IMG/VR virus record: IMGVR_UViG_3300049595_004364 | Location: 3,322-67,321 of that record | DNA from: a virus | Strand: one strand, 5' to 3' | DNA: 64,000 nt | Part shown: positions 31,438 to 41,461 of the stretch, piece after piece | Layout of the letters: every line of letters starts with the position of its first letter | Numbering within the stretch: position 1 is the stretch's first letter | Made by a program: the position numbers and the translations under genes | Notes under the pieces: model-generated | The model's input: the letters and a program-made list of their open reading frames with translations, nothing else | Told to the model about the DNA's origin: nothing | The model's database searches: none

Positions 31438-32096
31438 TTTTTACTCATATTATATTTTAAAGTTAAGTAGTTTTTAACTAGAGCGCTTCTAACTATGTGC
31501 TCTACCTTAAACTCAACAAAATCAAACTCTGGCATTTTCTTTAAAATTCTAATAAAGTCTTTTAAACCGTTATCAGATAAGTCAGATTGATCTATATCGC
31601 CACAGAAGTTAATCATAGAATTTTTACCTACTCTTGTGATAACTGAATCAAGCTCATGGAAGTTCATGTTTTGAAACTCGTCCACGATTATGAAACAATT
31701 TTCTAGTGTTACACCTCTTACATAAGAAGTAGATATAAATTCTATCTTTTTTAGGCCTTTAAGTTGCCTATATACATTACCTGATTTATATAGAAATTGA
31801 AAGATTTCTTCATAAGGTAACTCGTAGATTTTAGTTTTATCTTGTAATGATCCTGGCAAGAATCCTACATCTCTAGTAGGTACTGCGCTTCGAATAATTA
31901 CTATCTTATCGATATTATCTTTTTCTAATTCTAGTAGCGCTTTATATACTAAAAGTAGAGATTTACCTGTACCAGCAGACCCACATACAATTAAATTCTT
32001 AGGGCTGCTTAGAACAAGCTTCTGTGGATCATTTAAGGGTTTTAAACGCATAAGTTGAGCTTGATGCGTTTTCTGAGTTGGCTTTTGTTTCGCCAT
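31434..32096 (-). CDS. phoH: PhoH-family ATPase
   Basis: 'GSAGTGKS', 'GFLPG', 'RGVTL', 'DEFQN', 'GDIDQSD'. Confidence 0.95.
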   Translation of the reverse strand: MAKQKPTQKTHQAQLMRLKPLNDPQKLVLSSPKNLIVCGSAGTGKSLLLVYKALLELEKDNIDKIVIIRSAVPTRDVGFLPGSLQDKTKIYELPYEEIFQFLYKSGNVYRQLKGLKKIEFISTSYVRGVTLENCFIIVDEFQNMNFHELDSVITRVGKNSMINFCGDIDQSDLSDNGLKDFIRILKKMPEFDFVEFKVEHIVRSALVKNYLTLKYNMSKK

Positions 32097-32641
32097 TACA
32101 CTTTCTTTAAAGCGGGTGATACTGCTTCAGGCACTATATCGTATAGTTTCCAGGGAAAGTCACCAAAATATAAAATTTTAGCGTATGAACCTGTTGGAGG
32201 GCTGTCTACAATTATAGGAAAGTTTATGTCTTTTACTGTAATAATGGAATAAGTATCCCTATACATTATTGAGGAAATTTTATGACATTTAACTTTTTCT
32301 GTTGTTGTTTTTCTATACCGAAATACGTTACCTATGTGATCAATATACCACTCTTCCGTGGACGTACTGTCCTTTATTAAATCTACTAAGTCTTTTCTAT
32401 ATGTTTTTATTATATTAAGTTTTACCGGACTTTTTAGTCTTCTGGCTCCAAGAGTACTACCTTCTACATTAGTATCATCAATTATTCTACCCTCGCTAAC
32501 CAGGAGACCATCTACTAATTGTGGTTCTCCTGGCAGCTTAAATACGGGAAAATTAATCGTATGATAGTTCTGTACTGTTTTTAAAGCGCTTTTCAAATTT
32601 GCCAAATGAATAGTCCTCCCCAACCTCAAACTCTGTTCCAA
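32096..32641 (-). CDS. Conserved T5-like protein downstream of the polymerase (true start probably later)
   Basis: 'FPVF...IIDDTNVEG.TLGARRL'; synteny. Confidence 0.7.
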   Translation of the reverse strand: MEQSLRLGRTIHLANLKSALKTVQNYHTINFPVFKLPGEPQLVDGLLVSEGRIIDDTNVEGSTLGARRLKSPVKLNIIKTYRKDLVDLIKDSTSTEEWYIDHIGNVFRYRKTTTEKVKCHKISSIMYRDTYSIITVKDINFPIIVDSPPTGSYAKILYFGDFPWKLYDIVPEAVSPALKKV

Positions 32642-34838
32642 TTGGGCAGCCCGGTATAGTCAGTCCTCTGTCAGTCTCAATACAGCTCTTAAGGTAAGAG
32701 CAGTACTTTTCGACTTCTTCTTCTTTTACTTCAGCTAGAATAGAGTCATGCACTAGTGCAAACATTCTAGCATCAATATTGTACGAATCAATCATATTTT
32801 GCATATCAATAGCACCCATCAGGTTAATATCTGATGAAGGAGATTGAATAAGGAAGTTAATACCTGACCGAATCTCGTGTGCAACAGTTCCTGCATCACT
32901 ACTTGTGATATTTCTTAGTCGTCTTTTTCTACCGAAGTGACTATATACAAACCCGTTAGCAGCAATTTCTTCTTCAGCTTTTTTGAGCCAACGCTTGAGA
33001 GCTTTGAAAGTACCAAAGTATTCATTGATAACTTCTTGTGCTTCTTGCTTAGAGAAATAACTACCTGAGTCTTTAGTAACTTGAGCAGAAATCTTATTAG
33101 CTCCTGCTCCATATAGAATACCGAAGGTAACAGCTTTGGCTGCCTGTCTTCTATCTGGATAAAGTTTTACTACTTCATCAACTTCGCATGGAAGTGCGAA
33201 AACTTTTTTAGCAATTGTACTGTGGAAGTTACCTTTTGATTGAAATACTTCCATAAGTTCTTTATCTTTGGAGAGCACTGCAGCAATATACACTTCTGCA
33301 GTTGTCAAGTCCATTGATACAATTTTGTAGCCCGCTTTAGCTTTGATACAGCCTTTTACAGCAGGATTATCTCTAGGAAGCTGCTGCATGTTTAGTTTGC
33401 CTGAGGAGGACAAACGACCTGAAGTAGTTCCATGTAGATTGAAGTTTGTTCTAAGTCTACTGTCCCTATCTAGCTCAGGAATAATCTTGTCTAGATAAGT
33501 GTTCTTAATCTTGGAATCTTGTCTGATTTTAAGAATAAGAGCAGGAACTGGATGTTCTTCGGCTAGTTGCTCTAGAACGTCTGCGTTAGTAGAATCTGCT
33601 CCAGTGCCCGTTTTAACACCTGTAGGAGTTAAGTTTAGGTAATCAAAAAGTAATTTTCTAAGTTGTTGAACTGAGTTAGGATTGAATTTATCTTCTTGAG
33701 CTTTTTCGAAAGCAAGAACCTCAGGATATTCATATAGCTTAGCTACTGATTCATCAATACCATCAGTCATTACTTGTTGTGCAAGTTTTAGACGTTCCAT
33801 ATCAAATGGCACACCATTATCCTGCATTTTCAAAAGAAGTCTAACTCCTGGAATAAGGATAGTGTTATAAACTTTAGCTAGTCTAGGGTTTTTGTCTACA
33901 GCACGTTTAAACTTATCATAAAGCATAAATGTTACGCAAGCATCAATAGCTGCGTATTCTACCATAGTATCGAAAGGTATATAAGACCAATTAAAATCGC
34001 TTCGCAGTATGCCGTTAGCGCTGCAGTATGCAGCAATCCAGTCATATAGAGCTGCTTCATAATCTCCGTACTCCGTGTGTTGCAAGGCTAGTTGTTTAAG
34101 CCCGTGGTTGCCTGGCCTCTCATCGAGGAGATAATGAAGTAACATTGTGTCTTCAAAGTCAGGAAACTCAAAGTTAAAGTGGTACTGAAAAAACGCCAAG
34201 TCAAACTTAGCATTATGAAATACTACTGTTTTCCTCTTAATAAGACGCTGAAGCGCGTCAGCAACTTCATCGTCAATACAGTCGCTTGAGATATAAGCAC
34301 CAGTATTATGAATACCACAAAGAGAAATACCCAACATGTGACCATTCCTAGGATAAAGGGCAGTCGTTTCAGAGTCGAGACCAAAGTACGGATACGGCTG
34401 GTCTTCGACGAATTTGATATAATCAAGAGCTCGTTGTTTGTCATTTATACCTAAGAACTTACTAGCATCATATTTTCTAGACACTTTCTTGCCACTAACA
34501 TATTCGTTAATAGACTTAACCGAATCCTCCCAAAGCTTCCTAGCTTCGGGCTTGAAAGCCAACATGCCAGGATTAATTGTTGGGATAAATTTATCATCAA
34601 CAATTTTACCTGCATATTCGGTAACGGAACTTTTACCCGTAAAAAATTTAAAGGGTTCCGAACCTACCAAGACAACCCATTCGTACTTATCGGCTATCGA
34701 CTTTTCAATTACTACGTCTTTACGTAGTACTTTTTTAATTGCAGCATCTTCTGCAAGAGTTACCCTATCGTACTCAAAGGTAAAATCCTTAAAAGTATTT
34801 TTGGAGGGTTTAGTTTCTACTACTAATACGTTGGCCAT
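32553..34838 (-). CDS. Family A DNA polymerase with 3'-5' exonuclease and N-terminal UDG-like domain
   Basis: 'DSET', 'HNAKFD', 'TTSGRLSS', 'RQAAKAVTFGILYG', 'VHDS'. Confidence 0.97.
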   Translation of the reverse strand: MANVLVVETKPSKNTFKDFTFEYDRVTLAEDAAIKKVLRKDVVIEKSIADKYEWVVLVGSEPFKFFTGKSSVTEYAGKIVDDKFIPTINPGMLAFKPEARKLWEDSVKSINEYVSGKKVSRKYDASKFLGINDKQRALDYIKFVEDQPYPYFGLDSETTALYPRNGHMLGISLCGIHNTGAYISSDCIDDEVADALQRLIKRKTVVFHNAKFDLAFFQYHFNFEFPDFEDTMLLHYLLDERPGNHGLKQLALQHTEYGDYEAALYDWIAAYCSANGILRSDFNWSYIPFDTMVEYAAIDACVTFMLYDKFKRAVDKNPRLAKVYNTILIPGVRLLLKMQDNGVPFDMERLKLAQQVMTDGIDESVAKLYEYPEVLAFEKAQEDKFNPNSVQQLRKLLFDYLNLTPTGVKTGTGADSTNADVLEQLAEEHPVPALILKIRQDSKIKNTYLDKIIPELDRDSRLRTNFNLHGTTSGRLSSSGKLNMQQLPRDNPAVKGCIKAKAGYKIVSMDLTTAEVYIAAVLSKDKELMEVFQSKGNFHSTIAKKVFALPCEVDEVVKLYPDRRQAAKAVTFGILYGAGANKISAQVTKDSGSYFSKQEAQEVINEYFGTFKALKRWLKKAEEEIAANGFVYSHFGRKRRLRNITSSDAGTVAHEIRSGINFLIQSPSSDINLMGAIDMQNMIDSYNIDARMFALVHDSILAEVKEEEVEKYCSYLKSCIETDRGLTIPGCPIGTEFEVGEDYSFGKFEKRFKNSTELSYD

Positions 34839-35665
34839 TTACTGTTGCGTAGCCTTTCTATTTGTTTTGTGCTTAAGCTGCCGGGGTCTTGTTCATTGTA
34901 AACTATGTTTTCAACGGTAAAACCTAGGCTTTCACATAGTGGGATAAGTTTTTCTGCTGCTTTTTGTCCAGCGGTATCGCCGTCAAAAAATATATAAATT
35001 TTGTGTATACCTAGTAGCTGTAATAGCTGTAGTTTTTCTTCTGTTACGGTCTGTGTACCAAGTGTTGCCATAACATGTTTAACGCCTTTATCCCACAAAT
35101 TTAGCATATCAAATATGCCTTCTACCAGAATAATAGACCCTTGATATGGTTTTGCAACCATAGGGAAAAAAGGTACTTGAGCTTTAGTAGGGTAGACCTT
35201 ATACTTTGCTTTTTCAAACTGATCAAAAGATCTGCCCAAGAAACAGCTTATTTTACCAGTAATATCGTAAATAGGTATTACAAGTCGGTTTAGCAAAGAA
35301 GGTTCTAAGTCATACGTAAATGCTTTAAAGTGCAAATACGTAGATGCAGAAATTCCTCGATATTCTTGATCGAAGAACTCTGCTTTTTCGGGTATTTGTA
35401 ACCCTACTGTCTCTACTTTTTTTACTTCTATTTTATCTTTTAAACGAACCCGCGCTTTATGAAGTCTAGAGACTGCTACATTATAGCGAGAATAAACATT
35501 CCCTTTAAATCCACAAGAAAAGCAATGATAAACACCTGTAGATTTGTTTATCCGCATAGAAGGATTTGAGTCCTCGTGATCCGGATTAAAACAATGCACT
35601 AGTAAATCATTGCCGCTAGTTCTAAAAACTATCTTGTGTTTATGTAGCAGTTCATCAACATTCAT
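34823..35665 (-). CDS. DNA primase (zinc finger + TOPRIM)
   Basis: 'CFNPDH...CFSCG', 'LVEGIFD', 'FDGD.AG'. Confidence 0.93.
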   Translation of the reverse strand: MNVDELLHKHKIVFRTSGNDLLVHCFNPDHEDSNPSMRINKSTGVYHCFSCGFKGNVYSRYNVAVSRLHKARVRLKDKIEVKKVETVGLQIPEKAEFFDQEYRGISASTYLHFKAFTYDLEPSLLNRLVIPIYDITGKISCFLGRSFDQFEKAKYKVYPTKAQVPFFPMVAKPYQGSIILVEGIFDMLNLWDKGVKHVMATLGTQTVTEEKLQLLQLLGIHKIYIFFDGDTAGQKAAEKLIPLCESLGFTVENIVYNEQDPGSLSTKQIERLRNSKWPTY

Positions 35666-35940
35666 TTCTTACGTCCAATAGATGTTAGGTCTTCTGAGTC
35701 ACCAATATACTGATAAGCACCCTTGCTGTACAGAGGTGCAGTACGTGAACACTTGCGCGCGATCTCGGCTTGTACTTCTTCAGACTCTTCATGAATCTTG
35801 CTAAGCATGCCAGTAGGAGCAGTAGACCCGGACAAGTTATTGCTACACGGAGGCAGATTAGGTTTGCGGTAATCTGACCAGTCTGGAAGATTACGAGCAG
35901 AACCGCGAAGGGGTTTACGGCGGGTAGTCTTGGCTTTCAT
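35662..35940 (-). CDS. Conserved phage hypothetical protein
   Basis: 'APLYSKGAYQYI' motif; start at 35940 follows a GGAG RBS and a promoter. Confidence 0.65.
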   Translation of the reverse strand: MKAKTTRRKPLRGSARNLPDWSDYRKPNLPPCSNNLSGSTAPTGMLSKIHEESEEVQAEIARKCSRTAPLYSKGAYQYIGDSEDLTSIGRKK

Positions 35941-35961
35941 TGCTTTTCTCCATAAAAAACC

Positions 35962-36002
35962 AATATACAACAGGTTCTAATCCGAGTCAAGAACTTTTTA
36001 AA
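35962..36002 (-). promoter_or_regulatory. Phage early promoter
   Basis: AAAAAGTTC-TTGACT-17-TATATT. Confidence 0.75.
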
Positions 36003-36295
36003 GCGTGTTCAATTTCTATTAGCGTAAGATTGTGTGGGCCACTGTTTGTAATTTTAAAAGTTATGCCAACAGATACATAAACGGTATTTCTAGCAATTAA
36101 AGTGCTTTTCTTTTTTATAAAGCCTAGTTCAAGCTCACATTTGCCGGTACCATTAACTACATAAAATAATTTACTAGTGTCATAGTCTCTACCAGTAATA
36201 CTTTCTCCTGGGTCAACAGTTAAGTACGTTAAAGATAGCGTTTTACCTACGGACGCCATAAACTCTGAGTGTCCCCATTCTGTGTACATTACCAC
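35987..36295 (-). CDS. Cupin-fold protein
   Basis: 'WG...LTVDPGE...FYVVNGTG...ITNSG...LIEI' pattern; metal-binding histidines appear absent. Confidence 0.6.
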   Translation of the reverse strand: MVMYTEWGHSEFMASVGKTLSLTYLTVDPGESITGRDYDTSKLFYVVNGTGKCELELGFIKKKSTLIARNTVYVSVGITFKITNSGPHNLTLIEIEHALKSS

Positions 36296-37635
36296 GGCGT
36301 ATCCTCCATATTTTCTGTTTCTTCCTTTTCTTTAACAATAGCAGATTCTGGGCCAATCTTTAGAGTTTCCCAGTCCATATGAGAGGTAAAGTTTACCTCT
36401 GCAAAGTTTCGCATTTTAGTACATGTCAAAGTAATCGCATTGTCTTCTTTTGCATGAGGATCAATCGTAAATGCCGCATCTGCAGCATCTAGAATACCTT
36501 TGGCAAATCTAGCTTCTCCACTAGCGTCAATTTGATATGGGGATACAATTGGAATCTTAAACTTCTGTGCCATAGTTTTTAAAAACTTAGATACTTCTAT
36601 TTGTTCTGTCCAATCGTACTGCCCCTTTTTAGAGGGCATCTTACTTAACTTTATTTGATTTATATAGTCTACAATAATTACGCTAGGTTTAATAATTGGT
36701 ACTTTGCGTTCTAGTTCAGATCGTATCTTTGATACAGTCAATTCTGCATCGTATATGATCTCGAAACGTGCGTCTTTTAGAGGTAGAGTAGAGAGCTTTT
36801 TGTGATAATCATCAAAAGACACCCCAATAGAGTACTCTTTTACAAAAAACTCCTCACCGCCCTGATATCTTTTAGACCACCACTTTGCAACTTTTACTAG
36901 CTCATCAGAAGATAAAGTTCTATTTTTTAGCCTGTAATGAGAAACACCCGCACCTACAGAAGTAATTCGCTGCAAAATTTCTCTTTGGTTCATCTCTATA
37001 GTAAAATAAAGAGAGGATTCATCGCGCTCATACGCAGAAGCAACTATATTACTACAGGTAAGCGACTTGCCTGACCCTCGTTTACCCCCAATAAGAATTA
37101 AATCTTCCGGGCTAAACATAATATTGTTATCAAATTCTTTATTAAGCCCTAGCCCAACGTGTCTACTAAGCAAATCTTCAGACTCGAATAGCTCTATTTT
37201 TTGCATAGTTTCTTGGTCAGCATTGATATCAATCTTTTTCTCAATATCAAGTATAATATTTTGTAATGCTTCCACACTATCTGTTACTGTTTCAAATGCA
37301 ACAGAAGATTCAATTACTTTTTCAATGCCTTCAAATACTAGTTGTTGTGCATAATCACTTTTTAGAAATTCTAATAAGAGATCTGCATCTGTATCAACTT
37401 CTACTAGCTCTACAATAGCAACTTTTTGTAGAAGTTGTTTATTTTTAGCGTCAAATTTTAGCTCTTCAAACGTAGGTACTTTAGAGAATCTATCGATAAA
37501 AGATTGTATCTTATCATGTAGAATGTGGTATTCAGGGGGTAGATAGTTTTTCCTGACAGCCGTCCATGTAGCTATGTCTTGCTGGCTTATAATTTGTTTT
37601 AATAGTGCGCTAGCAAGATCCACGAGTTTCTCCAA
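36289..37635 (-). CDS. DnaB-like replicative helicase (T5 D6)
   Basis: 'GGKRGSGKS', 'FTIEM', 'IVDYINQI', 'KMRN'. Confidence 0.93.
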   Translation of the reverse strand: MEKLVDLASALLKQIISQQDIATWTAVRKNYLPPEYHILHDKIQSFIDRFSKVPTFEELKFDAKNKQLLQKVAIVELVEVDTDADLLLEFLKSDYAQQLVFEGIEKVIESSVAFETVTDSVEALQNIILDIEKKIDINADQETMQKIELFESEDLLSRHVGLGLNKEFDNNIMFSPEDLILIGGKRGSGKSLTCSNIVASAYERDESSLYFTIEMNQREILQRITSVGAGVSHYRLKNRTLSSDELVKVAKWWSKRYQGGEEFFVKEYSIGVSFDDYHKKLSTLPLKDARFEIIYDAELTVSKIRSELERKVPIIKPSVIIVDYINQIKLSKMPSKKGQYDWTEQIEVSKFLKTMAQKFKIPIVSPYQIDASGEARFAKGILDAADAAFTIDPHAKEDNAITLTCTKMRNFAEVNFTSHMDWETLKIGPESAIVKEKEETENMEDTPW

Positions 37636-37636
37636 T

Positions 37637-37672
37637 AAAAAACGGGAGGTAAGTTTCCCTACTTCCCGTTTT
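37637..37672 (-). terminator. Terminator after D5
   Basis: AAAACGGGAAGTA...TACCTCCCGTTTTTT on the minus strand. Confidence 0.75.
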
Positions 37673-37691
37673 CTCAGTTGCTAAATTAAGA

Positions 37692-38423
37692 TTAAGCGCT
37701 GGCGACGCGAGCAGCTTTTTCTTTCTTGGCAGCGCCGTCATAGTCCTTAGCAACAAGGCCGCGACGGGTGAGCATTGTTTTTACACCGCGTTCAGTACGA
37801 TCAGTTTTTTCAGCAAGCTCTGTTACCGTGTAAGCAGAGACATCGAGGCCTTCAAAAGCGTCTTCGGCTTTGGCAACTTTTTGAGTTGCAGGGATGCTTT
37901 CAATAGCGCCCGAGCGAAGAAGCGAGAGGGCTTTGCCGCGAACAGAAGCGACCGAACGATTCAGTTTTTCTGCGATTTCTTCAAGCATAGCGCCTGCATT
38001 AGCCATCTTTACAAACTTTTCCTGCTCAGCGTCAGAGAAGGTACGCTCGTAAGCTTTTTTCTCTGCGGCTTTAACATGCGAAGTAAGTTCCATCGAAAGA
38101 ACCTTACCCTGAATTTGCTTTGCGGTGAAAGTGCCTTCTGCAAAAACGTCTGCAATCTCAGCAAAGGTGTATTCGCCAGAGTTGTTATTCAGAAACTTAC
38201 GAAGGTAAGCTTCCTGCTCTTCGCTGAAAGTTTTGCTGGTGCTTGTACCAACTTTTTCTACTTCGTATTCCATTTTGCGAAGTTTTGCAGCAATTGAGCG
38301 CTCGCTTGTTCCAAGCTGTTCAGCGGCTGCTTTTACTGTTTCGATCGAAACAGGGCTCTCATCGCCTACATAGGCTTCGAGTTCTGCGGTGCGGGCTTCA
38401 TCCCACTTAGGTAGATTTGTCAT
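37692..38423 (-). CDS. DNA-binding protein D5-like (tandem HTH repeats)
   Basis: 'PKW...RSIAAKLRKM', 'RGKALSL', 'RGVKTMLTRRGL..DYDG'; synteny. Confidence 0.88.
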   Translation of the reverse strand: MTNLPKWDEARTAELEAYVGDESPVSIETVKAAAEQLGTSERSIAAKLRKMEYEVEKVGTSTSKTFSEEQEAYLRKFLNNNSGEYTFAEIADVFAEGTFTAKQIQGKVLSMELTSHVKAAEKKAYERTFSDAEQEKFVKMANAGAMLEEIAEKLNRSVASVRGKALSLLRSGAIESIPATQKVAKAEDAFEGLDVSAYTVTELAEKTDRTERGVKTMLTRRGLVAKDYDGAAKKEKAARVASA

Positions 38424-39136
38424 TATAACTCCAATATATTGTTAACAATTAACGTGCCATTAGCACTAGCTTTTTTAGTTTTATCACTTTCAATGCCAGA
38501 CTCATTTACTAGAATATTTGTAGTTTTGGTTACGCTATCAACGACTTTGTAACCTTTGTCTTGCAAATACTTAGCTGCTTCTGCTTTAGTCTTGAAAGTT
38601 CTAAGTTTTCCTGTTATGCATACAGTTTGCCCATTTTTAATTTCTTCCGCCGTAAAAGAGAATGGTAACTCCTCCCACGATTGTGTTTCTAGCCATGTAA
38701 CAAGGTTACTAGCTGCTTTAGGCCCTAGAGCTTTAACTGCTATATCACTTGTAATTTGACTAATGTGTTTGACGTAGACGCATATCTTTTCAGAAGCTGT
38801 CTTGCCAATCAAAGGTATACCAAGCGCAGCAAGCACTTGATTAAGTGGCGCATTTTTGGATGTCTCTATACTTGAGTATAGCTTTGTTCCAAGTGCATTA
38901 CCTAAGCAGTCGATGATATCCTGTTCAGTTAAGGTATAAATGTCATATATCGACTGTAGATTTAGCTTTGAAATTGCAGCAGGTCCCAAACCGTTAATCT
39001 TCATAACCTTGGCAAAATTTTCAACAAGTTTATAAGATTGCGCGGGACATGCGCTATTTTTGCAATAAAGGATACAGTTTTCAGAAACTAGCGTTGAGTC
39101 GCAAGATGGACAAGTGTGTGGTGCTATAATCTTCAT
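38423..39136 (-). CDS. ligB: NAD-dependent DNA ligase, C-terminal half (Zn finger-HhH-BRCT)
   Basis: 'CPSC...C...C', 'INGLG', 'ALGIPLIG', BRCT 'VCITG...SVTK.T..LV'. Confidence 0.92.
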   Translation of the reverse strand: MKIIAPHTCPSCDSTLVSENCILYCKNSACPAQSYKLVENFAKVMKINGLGPAAISKLNLQSIYDIYTLTEQDIIDCLGNALGTKLYSSIETSKNAPLNQVLAALGIPLIGKTASEKICVYVKHISQITSDIAVKALGPKAASNLVTWLETQSWEELPFSFTAEEIKNGQTVCITGKLRTFKTKAEAAKYLQDKGYKVVDSVTKTTNILVNESGIESDKTKKASANGTLIVNNILEL

Positions 39137-39156
39137 AACTCTATCCTTAAGCTAAG

Positions 39157-39196
39157 AGTATACTATAAAGAGCAGCAAATGTCAAGAACAATTTTT
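39157..39196 (-). promoter_or_regulatory. Phage early promoter upstream of the ligase C-half
   Basis: AAAAATTGTTC-TTGACA-17-TATACT. Confidence 0.85.
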
Positions 39197-39873
39197 CAGG
39201 GTTGTTCTTGTTGCCAATATTCTGATAACACAGGGAAGTGATACAAAATAATTTCTTTACATTTTTCTGCAATAATTTGATGCTCTTTTTGCGTACCATT
39301 GCCCGCTCTAAGATCAACATAGTGTATCCAACTACGTAGTGTACCTGCCATATATAAGGTAGTCTCTGTAAGACCTTCAGGCAGAAGAGCTCTAGCTTGT
39401 TCTTTAGCTATACCCAACGCTAAAGCAGCATCATAATTTTTTTGCGCTACTTCTACCACTTCTCTTTGCATTCTACTAAATGCTAGATATAGTGGTATTG
39501 CTTCATCATTTTCAGGGTACACACTATTTTGTCTATTTTTTGGGTCTTGTAGCCTTGGCTCCCTGTTTGTAACAAAGTCAGTTGCTTTAGCGTACCTTTG
39601 GCTAAACTCTTGAAAACTAAAGCTTCTGTGCCTAATAATCTGCCTAGAGATATCTCTGGTGGTCTTAATTTCCATGGTAAGATGTACCATTTCAAAAGGA
39701 GACCAGTGATTTTCTTTAATAAGATATTTTAGCAGTTTAGCAGAAGTTTCTTTATTGTTTTGATTGGCGGGATTTGAGACTCTTGCCGTGTAGCTTACTA
39801 AGTCTGCAGCAGTATTACAGTCTGTAATTGCACTAGGTTTAGTAATTCCAATTAAACTAACACTCATATGCAA
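39196..39873 (-). CDS. thyX: Flavin-dependent thymidylate synthase
   Basis: 'HWSPFE', 'RHRSFSFQEFSQRY', 'EQARALLP'. Confidence 0.96.
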   Translation of the reverse strand: MHMSVSLIGITKPSAITDCNTAADLVSYTARVSNPANQNNKETSAKLLKYLIKENHWSPFEMVHLTMEIKTTRDISRQIIRHRSFSFQEFSQRYAKATDFVTNREPRLQDPKNRQNSVYPENDEAIPLYLAFSRMQREVVEVAQKNYDAALALGIAKEQARALLPEGLTETTLYMAGTLRSWIHYVDLRAGNGTQKEHQIIAEKCKEIILYHFPVLSEYWQQEQP

Positions 39874-40055
39874 ATTCTTTCATTAACGTATACAGTTGAT
39901 TCGTCAGATAATTTATTTAACGAATCATACATTACTGTATAGTTATCTCCAACTGAAACTACTGATGTTAATTTAGAGTTAGGGTATAAATCAATAAGAG
40001 TAAAAATAGTTTTAAGTTCTAGTTCGCCTACATTTCTAGCAATCCATTTAGTCAT
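39864..40055 (-). CDS. Hypothetical protein
   Basis: Coupled overlaps with both neighbours. Confidence 0.55.
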   Translation of the reverse strand: MTKWIARNVGELELKTIFTLIDLYPNSKLTSVVSVGDNYTVMYDSLNKLSDESTVYVNERICI

Positions 40056-40417
40056 TCTATTCCTTTTTTAATATCTTCTAATACTGCTTTTAGTATGCCA
40101 ATGTTAAAGCACTCGGTGTGTCCCCCAAATTTATGAGCAGGGTGAAATCTGTGCTCAGCGTACTTTTCGTGTAGGTATTGTTCTAGAAAGTACACTTTTT
40201 CTAATGTTGATTCTATAATTTTTTGTATTCGTATTTCGTAACCATCGAAACCTTTTGCTCGCTTTACGGCATCTTTCCAAGTTTTACCTTTAGTAATACC
40301 TATCTTTATACACTCACGCTCAGAAGTTTTTTTGTTTACAAGAACAACTAGGTATAACACTCCTGGGGAGGAGGCTTTATCCGGGTCGTTCTGAAAAGAG
40401 GTCTGGTTGTACGACAC
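40052..40417 (-). CDS. GIY-YIG/T5orf172-like protein
   Basis: 'LY...KIGIT...R...LEQYLH...G.TECF'. Confidence 0.7.
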   Translation of the reverse strand: MSYNQTSFQNDPDKASSPGVLYLVVLVNKKTSERECIKIGITKGKTWKDAVKRAKGFDGYEIRIQKIIESTLEKVYFLEQYLHEKYAEHRFHPAHKFGGHTECFNIGILKAVLEDIKKGIE

Positions 40418-40538
40418 GTAAAATTAACTTTCCTTCTTCTAATAGCCACTCTAGCTCATCATGAGGGTTAAAGGGGCACTCTCCTTCTGGGAAAACTAAG
40501 CATAGCTCTCCATCAATTTCTTCAATTGTAGCTTTCAT
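40377..40538 (-). CDS. AbrB/MazE/SpoVT-like small DNA-binding protein (53 aa)
   Basis: Not in the ORF track: MKATIEEIDGELCLVFPEGECPFNPHDELEWLLEEGKLILRVVQPDLFSERPG; GAGGAG RBS; ATGA overlap with the ligase N-half. Confidence 0.6.
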   Translation of the reverse strand: MKATIEEIDGELCLVFPEGECPFNPHDELEWLLEEGKLILRVVQPDLFSERPG

Positions 40539-41455
40539 ACTCTCCTCACAATTCTAGGGATAATCTCCCCCGACCGGATTACCTCAACATCGCAGCCTAG
40601 TTCTAGGTTTAGAAGGTTGATGTATTCCATATTATGTAGCGTTGCGCGCGAAATAGTAGCTTCACCTATAGTAACGGGCTCCAATATTGCTACTGGAGAT
40701 ACTACTCCGCTCCGACCAACTTGCCAAACCACGTCAAGTAACTTAGTTACTTTAGCTTCTGGCTTTGGTTTTAGAGCATAGGCAGCTCTAGGATGCTTAC
40801 TAGTAAACCCAGCCTCAAGATACAACTTGTAAGAGTTTTCTCTAACTACGTAACCGTCTTTAGGAAAAATGTCAGTGTTATCTAAAACTGTGTTAAAATT
40901 AGTAGATAGAAACTCTAGATTTTCCCTATAGGTAGACCCATAGTTTAGTGCTTCATACGCAAATACATGCAAATCTCTTGATTTTATCTCTGCAAGATCC
41001 TTAAGATTAAGAGCACCCGAAGCATAGTTTCTAGAATTAGGAATACTACTAGGAGCAACAACCTCTGCATTAATTTGCATAGGTGTTGCTCCGTTGATAA
41101 AGTCTGGCACGAGGTGCCGTAATTTATCTGTAATATTTAGACCTCGTATACCATTGCCACGAGTTAAGATTTTGTAAAGAACCAATTTGTTGTTACTAGG
41201 TATATACAAAAGCGAGATAGCTGCGCCATCTAGCTTTGGAGTTTTTACTGGGTCGATTAGAATTGGTTCTTCTTCACCGTATTGTACTTTTTGCAGTGAG
41301 TACATTTTATGCAGATGCGGCTCCGTATTATCGAAGCTAGCACCTAACACTGAATACCCGCACATCTCTGCCAAGGAATCAAACTCTTCGTCTGATATAA
41401 TTGGTGAGCCGCTATAGTATGCTTTACTGGCTTTATCTAAAAATTCGTGTATCAT
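40535..41455 (-). CDS. ligA: NAD-dependent DNA ligase, N-terminal half (adenylation + OB)
   Basis: 'YY.G.PIISDEEFD', 'KLDG', 'TRGNG', 'DGYV', 'QVGRSG', 'ATLHN', 'RSGEIIP'. Confidence 0.94.
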   Translation of the reverse strand: MIHEFLDKASKAYYSGSPIISDEEFDSLAEMCGYSVLGASFDNTEPHLHKMYSLQKVQYGEEEPILIDPVKTPKLDGAAISLLYIPSNNKLVLYKILTRGNGIRGLNITDKLRHLVPDFINGATPMQINAEVVAPSSIPNSRNYASGALNLKDLAEIKSRDLHVFAYEALNYGSTYRENLEFLSTNFNTVLDNTDIFPKDGYVVRENSYKLYLEAGFTSKHPRAAYALKPKPEAKVTKLLDVVWQVGRSGVVSPVAILEPVTIGEATISRATLHNMEYINLLNLELGCDVEVIRSGEIIPRIVRRV

Positions 41456-41461
41456 TTGTAT

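Noticed and set aside
22282-38423. Introns or inteins in nrdAB, polymerase or helicases
   Set aside because: The ORFs are uninterrupted and of normal or compact length
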